Assembly: GCF_001194135.2 (NCBI RefSeq)
Contig: NC_068993.1
Location: 36,894,697-36,936,639 of the forward strand
Direction of reading: 5' to 3'
Length of the DNA stretch: 41,943 nucleotides
Source of the DNA: Octopus bimaculoides
Taxonomy: Eukaryota
The number at the start of each line of letters is the position of its first letter. Within the stretch, counting starts at the first letter, position 1. The position numbers and the translations under genes are program-made. The notes beneath the pieces are model-generated. The model was not told the origin of the DNA. It was given only the letters and a program-made list of their open reading frames with translations, and searched no databases. Positions 34,200 through 41,943 of this stretch are shown piece after piece.

Positions 34200-35106
34200 T
34201 TCATACCTCCAGTACTGATTTAAGTTGCAATTAACACCACGAATGAACACAAGACATTGTGACGTACTAGAGAGATCAGTAGACTCATCCATTGCAAGAG
34301 AATACCACAAAAAGTTCTTAGCTTTCTCATGTATCTGTATATTCTCTCCAAGTTCTTCTATTCTCTGCACAACTGAACTTGCTGAAAGGCTGATACAGCC
34401 AAACATGTTAGCTTTTTCAGGACACAAGTCATTTGCTGCTTCCATCATGCACTCTTTTATAAAGTTTCCATCAGTAAATGGTTTTTCTCACTCTGCCAAC
34501 TTACTCCCTATTTTGTAACTTACATGAATAATACATTCATTTTCAACAAACTTTTCCGTAAAGAAATTCTTTTGAGATTCCAAACTGTTTCATAGATTCA
34601 AATTTCTCGAACCACAACTTTCCAGAATGTTTAGAATGTGTTGAGAGATGTTTTGCTTCATAGTGACGATGAATATTGTACTCTTTCATAACAGCAACAC
34701 TTTTGTTGCATATCCAGCAACTAGCTTTCTGGTCGTTTGTTTCCACAAAGAAGTACTTTTCTTCCCATTCCTTATTGAAAATGCGACATTCATCATCAAC
34801 CTTTCTATTCTTAGTAGCCATAACGATGGGTGAAAAAAAAACAAAAGCAGTCTTAGGCCTCGGCGTCAGATATTCTCGTTTTCATTGAAATCACTAATAA
34901 CTAACTAGCCCGAGGCACACGTGATGTACTGTAGTAATTATTATGGAGCGTGAAATACATAGCGTGTGACGTGACTGACTCAGTTTACATACAACATGCG
35001 TAATCTAAGAACTGTAAGAAGCAGTGTAAAAGCATGTTTATTTTTTTCAGCATCCAATGGTGGGCCGGACAAATTGATGTTGCGGGCTGTAGTTTGGTGA
35101 CCCATG
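34200..35106 (-). mobile_element. One-ended hAT (Charlie/Buster) element with the transposase N-terminus
   Basis: TIR agtttggtgacccatg ends at 35106. ORFs MATKNRKVDDECRIFNKEWEEKYFF...CWICNK...VMKEYNIHRHYEAKH (BED-like finger) and YSLAMDESTD...FIRGV. The left end is missing. Confidence 0.88.
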
Positions 35107-35129
35107 CTGTAGGTCAACCTTCTTCTCCT

Positions 35130-35450
35130 CCCCCTCCTCCTGCTGATCATGATGATGATAATGATCATCATCATCATTGACATCACCATCCTTCTCGTAA
35201 TCATTGTTGTTATCATCAGTTTCATCACTGTTATCACCATCCTTCCCAACTCTTCATCATCATCATCATCTCCTCTTCACCATCATCATCTTCATCATAT
35301 TTATCATCATTGTCATTACCACTCTCCTCCTCATAATCATTGTCATCATCATCACCATCATAATCCTCCTCTCTCCTCCTCTTCCTCATCATTACCATCA
35401 TAATCTCTCCCTCCTCCTCCCCATCATCATCAGCATACAGTCACCTAGGA
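35130..35450 (+). repeat. Low-complexity (CAT/CTC)n region
   Basis: Degenerate trinucleotide repeats. Confidence 0.85.
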
Positions 35451-36049
35451 GAATAATAATTCTTTTCATTAGGAAGAGAGTTATGGTGTTTATCTCATTA
35501 AACCATCAGTTAGATGATTACTGTTAAACCATTCACTAGCTACAGACGTTACAACTTAAACACTTTACTTTGCTCTGCTTTGGCTGAAGAACAAGAATAA
35601 GATGCAGGATGACACCATTTCATCATGCCTTGGTGTATATTATAATATATATAATACACACAGAGTTATTTGTTTGTTTGGCACAGTGACAGATATCTCT
35701 TTGTTCCCAAGAACAACAGTTCTAAACATTGCTAAACAGACAACAGTTCCTAGTGTTTCTGTTTTTCAACTTTCTCTTCTCTTCTGTAGAACTTTCAAGC
35801 AATGGAAAAAATGAAAAACACAAAAAATCGGTTCCTACAGGTTTTTTATGATGGTGGTGTGGTTAAGAATTTGGTCTCATAAGTATGGCTGTGTTGTTTA
35901 AGAAGTTCACTGTACTTTGCAGTCGTGAGGTTTCAGGTTCGATCCTGAAGTGTGACACCTTGGGCGAAAATCTTTTACGTTAGCCCTAGGGTCGATCAAA
36001 GTTTTGTCAGTAAACTTTGGTAATGGAAACGGTGTGGAAGCTCACCACT

Positions 36050-36450
36050 CATTCACACACACATATATAGACACACACATTAGATACATAGACACATTAG
36101 ATACATACATAGGTACACGCATGCAAACATACATAGATAAACACAGGCATGCATTCATACATAGACACACACATACACATGCATGCATACATAGACACAC
36201 TCACACATATATAGAAACACACATTAGGCACATAAATACGTTAGATACATACATAGGCACACACATGCACGCATACATAGATAAACACACACATGCACGC
36301 ATACATAGATAAACACACACATGCATGCATACGTAGACACACATACACATGCACGCATACATAGACACACTTGTGCACACATACATAGACACACTTGTGC
36401 ACACATACATAGGCACACTCATATAGATATAGATACACACACACACACAA
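36050..36450 (+). repeat. Compound (CA)/(CATA) microsatellite with local 24-bp duplications
   Basis: Direct inspection, e.g. acatacatagacacacttgtgcac x2. Confidence 0.85.
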
Positions 36451-37212
36451 AGTAGTGAAGTGACTGAACTGTTAGAGCACCAGGTCAGTTGCCTAGCAGA
36501 AATTCATGTTCTAGTTCTGTGTATCCTAATTTCAAATCCCACCAAGGTTAACTTCGCCTTTCATCCTTTTGGACTTGATAAAGTACCAGTCCTGTACTGG
36601 GGTTGTGACTATTCTTTTTCTCACTCTATCTGTCTTGTCTGTCTATCTTTCTTCTGGAAGAAATCTGCTGTGGTTAGACCTAGAGAGGGATGGGTACCAC
36701 CAGGATAAAATGTACCCAAGACATATCGCATGTCACAGTAGAGACCCCACAACCATATAAAGTGCTGAGGGCTCAAGGCAAAGCCAAAGCAACCATCATC
36801 ATCTTTTAATATCTGACTTCTATGCTTGGACAATTTGATAGTATCTGACTGGTCTGAAGACTATATTGTGCTTCAGTGTCTGCTTTGGTACAGATTCTTC
36901 CTAACCCCAACCACTTTACAGAGTGTACTGGGTGTTTTTTCATGGCACCAGCACAAGTGAGACACCAAGCAGCTTGCAAGACTAAAGATCCCTTTCAGCT
37001 GAGTAGGGTTACAGTAGGGAGGCAGCTTTATGTCCAGAGATGAGAGATTAAATTATGAGAGAAGGGGCCCATAACAAGACAGGTTTTTTTTTTTTTTTAC
37101 TGCAGGTGAGCTCTATAACTACTTATATTATAGAAGGGAGGATAGGAATAACAGGTGGAGCTGGAAAGGGGATAAAATAATGGGGATGAAGTAGCTGGGT
37201 GGATAGTGAAGG

Positions 37213-37470
37213 TGTTGTTGTTGGCACTCCGTCGCTTACGACGTCGAGGGTTCCAGTTGATCCGATCAACGGAACAACCTGCTCGTGAAATTAACATGCA
37301 AGTGGCTGAGCACTCCACAGACACGTGTACCCTTAACGTAGTTCTTGGGGATATTCAGCGTGACACAGTGTGACAAGGCTGACCCTTTGAATTACAGGCA
37401 CAACAGAAACAGGAAGTAAGAGTGACAGAAAGTTGTGGTGAAAGAGTACATCAGGGTTCACCACCATCCC
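37213..37470 (-). mobile_element. Distinct SINE-like family with (AAC)n tail
   Basis: gttgttggcactccgtcgcttacgacgtcgagggttccag...cgtgtacccttaacgtag; a degenerate relative lies at ~38090-38200. Recalled as an abundant octopus repeat. Confidence 0.6.
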
Positions 37471-38239
37471 NNNNNNNNNNNNNNNNNNNNNNNNNNNNNN
37501 NNNNNNNNNNNNNNNNNNNNNNNNNNNNNNNNNNNNNNNNNNNNNNNNNNNNNNNNNNNNNNNNNNNNNNNNNNNNNNNNNNNNNNNNNNNNNNNNNNNN
37601 NNNNNNNNNNNNNNNNNNNNNNNNNNNNNNNNNNNNNNNNNNNNNNNNNNNNNNNNNNNNNNNNNNNNNNNNNNNNNNNNNNNNNNNNNNNNNNNNNNNN
37701 NNNNNNNNNNNNNNNNNNNNNNNNNNNNNNNNNNNNNNNNNNNNNNNNNNNNNNNNNNNNNNNNNNNNNNNNNNNNNNNNNNNNNNNNNNNNNNNNNNNN
37801 NNNNNNNNNNNNNNNNNNNNNNNNNNNNNNNNNNNNNNNNNNNNNNNNNNNNNNNNNNNNNNNNNNNNNNNNNNNNNNNNNNNNNNNNNNNNNCAGACAA
37901 GTACTGGAGTGGTGGGGTGGGTGGGGGTGGGGTCAATAAAATTAACTAAAGTTCTTCATAGTGTTGCTCCAGCATGACCACAGTCTGATGACTGAAACCA
38001 ATAAAGGATAATGAGATTAAAGGTGTTTATTTTGTGAGTGAAATCAGGTAGATGGAAACTGTGTGGAAGCTCCTCTGATGGATCATACCTGTAATTTAAG
38101 GGGTCACTTCTGATACACATTGTCACACTGATTCTGCCTGAAGATTAAGGGTACATATGTCTATGGAATACTTGGCCACTTACACACCAATTCATTGAAT
38201 TAGTAGTTAGTTACCAAACAACTGAAACTTATGGTTGGA

Positions 38240-38435
38240 AATTCTTCTCAACCATGTAGTTTTGAGTTCAGTTCCACGGCATAGTGCCTTGGGCAAGTGT
38301 CTTCTATTTCCCAGTTTGTCCAAAACATTGTGAGTGGATTTGATGGATGGAAACTGAAAGAAGCCCACAGTGTATGTATGTATGTATATATGTACATATA
38401 TCATCATCGTTTCGTTTAACGTCCGCTTTCCATAC
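38240..38435. mobile_element. CORE SINE head (+) followed by an RTE tail fragment (-)
   Basis: ccttgggcaagtgtcttcta...gaaactgaaagaagccc, then catcatcgtttcgtttaacgtccgctttccat. Confidence 0.7.
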
Positions 38436-38436
38436 G

Positions 38437-38498
<62 letters not shown>

Positions 38499-38504
38499 TG
38501 TATG

Positions 38505-38835
38505 TGTAGTAACACCGTGCGCATGCGTAGTCTCACGCATGCGTGGAATTCAACAACCAAGCTTTTCCGCTTCATTCTGCCTCTTTCTTGCTGGCCAGCG
38601 ATTGAGCAAGGACGTGTTTAGCTGTCTCTCTCCATCTTTCGAACTTACGCTAGACGGCTCGCTCACATCTACATACCAACGTCACAACAACCATGCTCAC
38701 ACACACAGAAGACGTCTCAACAAACAAGAGCTAAAGATGTATATATTCCACCTTGAATAAATGTTGTTTGTGTTGATAGTCTGGAGTTCAGCGTTCCGTT
38801 AATTCTTAATTTTATATAGGAAAGTCAGGTATACA
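38505..38835 (+). mobile_element. Probable solo LTR inserted in a (TATG)n tract
   Basis: TGTA...TACA termini, AATAAA at ~38756, CpG-rich U3-like start with two GCATGCGT palindromic motifs. No clear TSD. Confidence 0.45.
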
Positions 38836-39109
38836 TCTAATGATGTATAACCCACTTTCCACTAAATATGTATATATGTATGTATGTATATACATATGTA
38901 CGTATGTATATACATATGTATGTATGTATGTATGTACATATGTATGTGCGTATGTATGTATGCAGGCGCTGTCCCTGGAATTTTTCAAAGGGAGAGCACA
39001 AGGTCAGAAGGGAATGTAATTCCAGGAGAAAAGGATGTAATAACATTATTTAGAAGGGCACACTTCTTTTCTTGATTGGGGCCCATGCTCCTCAGGCCTC
39101 CCCTTGGGT

Positions 39110-39375
39110 CTGCCCCTTGTGTGTGTGTGTGTGTGTGTGTGTGTGCCCTTGTCATCACGTGATGTTTCTAAATGAGCATCGTTGTCATACAAGCAATGTT
39201 GTTAGTTTCCAGTCTTCAATGAAAAACATGTCTGGCCATGGGGAAACATTACCTTGCTTGGAAACAGGCAAGGGTTGGCAACAGGAAGGGCATTCAGCCA
39301 TAGAAAACAGCCTCAACAAATTCTATCTGACCCATGTAAATATGAAAAAGTGGACATTAAATAATGATGATCATA
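39110..39375 (+). mobile_element. Type B SINE 3' half
   Basis: (TG)n then aaaacatgtctggccatgg...aggaagggcatt...(GAT). Confidence 0.7.
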
Positions 39376-40029
39376 GTGATGGTGATAATCTCTTTGCCTT
39401 GAACTGGAAATACAGCTAAGTGATGAATATTCAACTCCCAGTTTCCAATTTCAAAATTCTAATCAGCTGTTGGTATTTTGTTGTGATTTTCTGAGAAAAA
39501 CACTTTATTCCTCAAGACTTCGCCTGCTGTGAATGGGTCCAAGAGTATCTGGAAATGTTAGCAACTTATCTGGGTACAAATTTGTCTTTCTTTCTCAATA
39601 CTATAAACACCACAGCTAAATACTGGACCCTCATTAACCAATGAAGGAGCCTCTATGTAGTTGCTCAACCAGCTAGAATTAGCAGCTAAATCTCTCATGA
39701 ATAATGTCTTATTGTCTTGGAAAACGGGATACATTATATGGTGTTGTCCTAGGTACATTATGTCTGAATTCTGAATAAAGGCAGGATGATCATAGATGGA
39801 ACGCTTTTGATCAAGTATTTACTGGATCAGAGCTGAATCAGACTAAAACAACAGCAACAATGAGAAATAACACATTGGATAATGTAGTCCTAGGTAGACC
39901 ATATTCGACATAAAGCACCAATCGTGTGTGATGTCGATTTAATCTTATACTCCCTCCCATTAAATGTGTCAGTTTGTACCCTAGGTTACCTGTACATGGC
40001 AATAATAATAATGATGATGATGATGATGA

Positions 40030-40480
40030 TTTCAAATTCTGGCACAAGGCCAGCAATTTCGGGGGTAGGGATAAGTCGATTACATCGACTCCAGTGCCCA
40101 ACTATTACTTATTTTATCAACTCTGAAAGGATGAAATGCAAAGTTGACCTAGTTGGAATTTGAACTCAGAATGTGAAGACAGATGAAATGTTGCTAAGCA
40201 TTTTGCCTGGAAAGCTAATAATTCTGCCAGCCCATTGCCTTATTATGATAATGATAATAATAATCCTTTCTACTAAAGGCACAAGGCCTGAAATTTGGGG
40301 AGGGAGTCAGTTGATTTCATCAGCCCCAGTACTCAACTGGTATCTAATTTATTGATCCTGAAAGGATGAAAGGCAAAGTCGACCCCAGCAGAATTGGAAA
40401 TCAGAATGTGAAGATGGACGAAATGCCGCTAAACATTTTGCCCAGCATGCTAACGATTCTGCCAACTCACCACCTTGATA
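40030..40480 (-). mobile_element. Two tandem Nin/Deu-like SINEs
   Basis: gaaaggatgaaa(t/g)gcaaagt repeated at ~40125 and ~40360, with ATA/GAT-rich tails. Confidence 0.8.
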
Positions 40481-41029
40481 ATAATAATAATCAATAGGAT
40501 GGCCATGGCTGGAATATCAATGATCATAGATATGATCCGGACTGATATGTTGTGAAACTACAAATGCTCCTATAGGATAAAAGAGAAATTTAGGTTTTCA
40601 AATTTATTTAATTAATTTGATAACCTTAAAGGAAAGAATTTACAGGCGACTCTGGTGAGTTTTGAACTTGGTATGTGGAGAATCAAAAGTAAATAGTGTG
40701 AGATATTTACTTTGGCATTCTTCTGTTTTCAGCCATTCTCTGCTCCATTCTTTGACTCTGATATATTGAAATATCAAAGAATTAAGACTGGTTCCCATCA
40801 GCTGCATCACCACCACCACCACCTCCCTCTTGCGTCATAAAGGCCATTGTATAGAGGCGTTTGGAACACACATCCATCGCATGTAACATTACTGCACTCA
40901 GTGGCAGCATTTTGGTCTTCAACACAGACACAAACACCTTTCTGTCTGTCTGTTAGTCAGTCAGTCTATTGTTTGGGCATCGCAGTTGCTTATACACATG
41001 GATATGAAAAATATATATATTTGTGTATA

Positions 41030-41380
41030 TGGGGGTGTGTGTGTGTTTGTGTATGTATGCATGTATGTATGTATATGTATGTATACGCATGTGCATATGT
41101 GTATGTATGTTTATCTATCTATATATATATTTATGTAGGTATATATGTATATTTGTATACATGTATATGTATATATAAATTTGTATGTATAAACGTGTGT
41201 GTGTGTGTGTGAAATTTGTATATATGTACATGTGTATGTGTATATATANNNNNNNNNNNNNNNNNNNNNNNNNNNNNNNNNNNNNNNNNNNNNNNNNNNN
41301 NNNNNNNNNNNNNNNNNNNNNNNNNNNNNNNNNNNNNNNNNNNNNNNNNNNNNNNNNNNNNNNNNNNNNNNNNNNNNNNN

Positions 41381-41434
<54 letters not shown>

Positions 41435-41943
41435 CATATATATGTGTGCATATGTATGCATACTGCTATCTCTTCTTCATCAGCTGTGTGGAGGTGGAGG
41501 TGCACTCAGAACTGTTGCTAATCACACCATCCCCACCACCATTGCCCTCCTCATCACCTACCTCATCCTCATCATCACATGTTTGTCATCATCCCCCTTG
41601 TTGTTACCATCTTCATACCTTCATGGTGATGATGATAATGGTTGTCATCATCAACGTCATCACAACACTGTCATCACCATCGTTGTAGTCATCACCACCA
41701 CCACCACTGCCATCACTGCTGCTATCATCATTGTCATCACAACACTGTCATCACCATCATTGCTGTCATCATTATCACCACCACCACTGCTGCTATCATC
41801 ATCATTGTCAATGTCATCACAATACTCATCATCATCACTGCAGTTATCATTATCACCACTACTACCACCACCACCACCATCATCATCATTGTCACCATCA
41901 CCAGCACTACAACCACCATCATCATCATCATCACCAACAGCTG
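41030..41943 (+). repeat. (TA)/(TATG) microsatellites, a gap, and a degenerate (CAT/CAC)n tract
   Basis: Direct inspection. Confidence 0.9.

Noticed and set aside
35149-35527. His/Ser/Ile-rich ORFs (also 41505-41943)
   Set aside because: Translations of (CAT)n low-complexity DNA, open in several frames.
40646-40654. 9-nt microexon (CAG...GTGAGT)
   Set aside because: Purine-rich acceptor region and no supporting homology.

Overview
AT-rich eukaryotic scaffold with 8 N-gaps. The SINE/LINE complement and microsatellite load suggest an octopus/coleoid genome (inference from remembered repeat families). One spliced + strand gene is well supported: an ALKBH8 orthologue (tRNA wobble-U oxygenase; N-terminal helix + RRM + AlkB 2OG-Fe(II) domain). 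Six GT-AG exons (7602-7727, 18933-19158, 22121-22246, 22737-22937, 24919-24989, 28903-29128) join in frame to 325 codons. All Fe/2OG ligands are intact, but the residues aligning to the human structural Zn site (H242, C341, C343) are P, S and H. No Trm9-type methyltransferase exon is recognisable in the remaining 12.8 kb, so a Zn-less and possibly MTase-less ALKBH8 is the most interesting hypothesis here. The rest is transposon-derived: Charlie/Buster-type hAT elements with TIRs/TSDs, a degenerate mariner, CR1/L2-like and RTE LINE fragments, several modular SINE families whose tails match those LINEs, foldback hairpins, tandem arrays and simple repeats. No CRISPR, rRNA, true tRNA or intact transposase was found.
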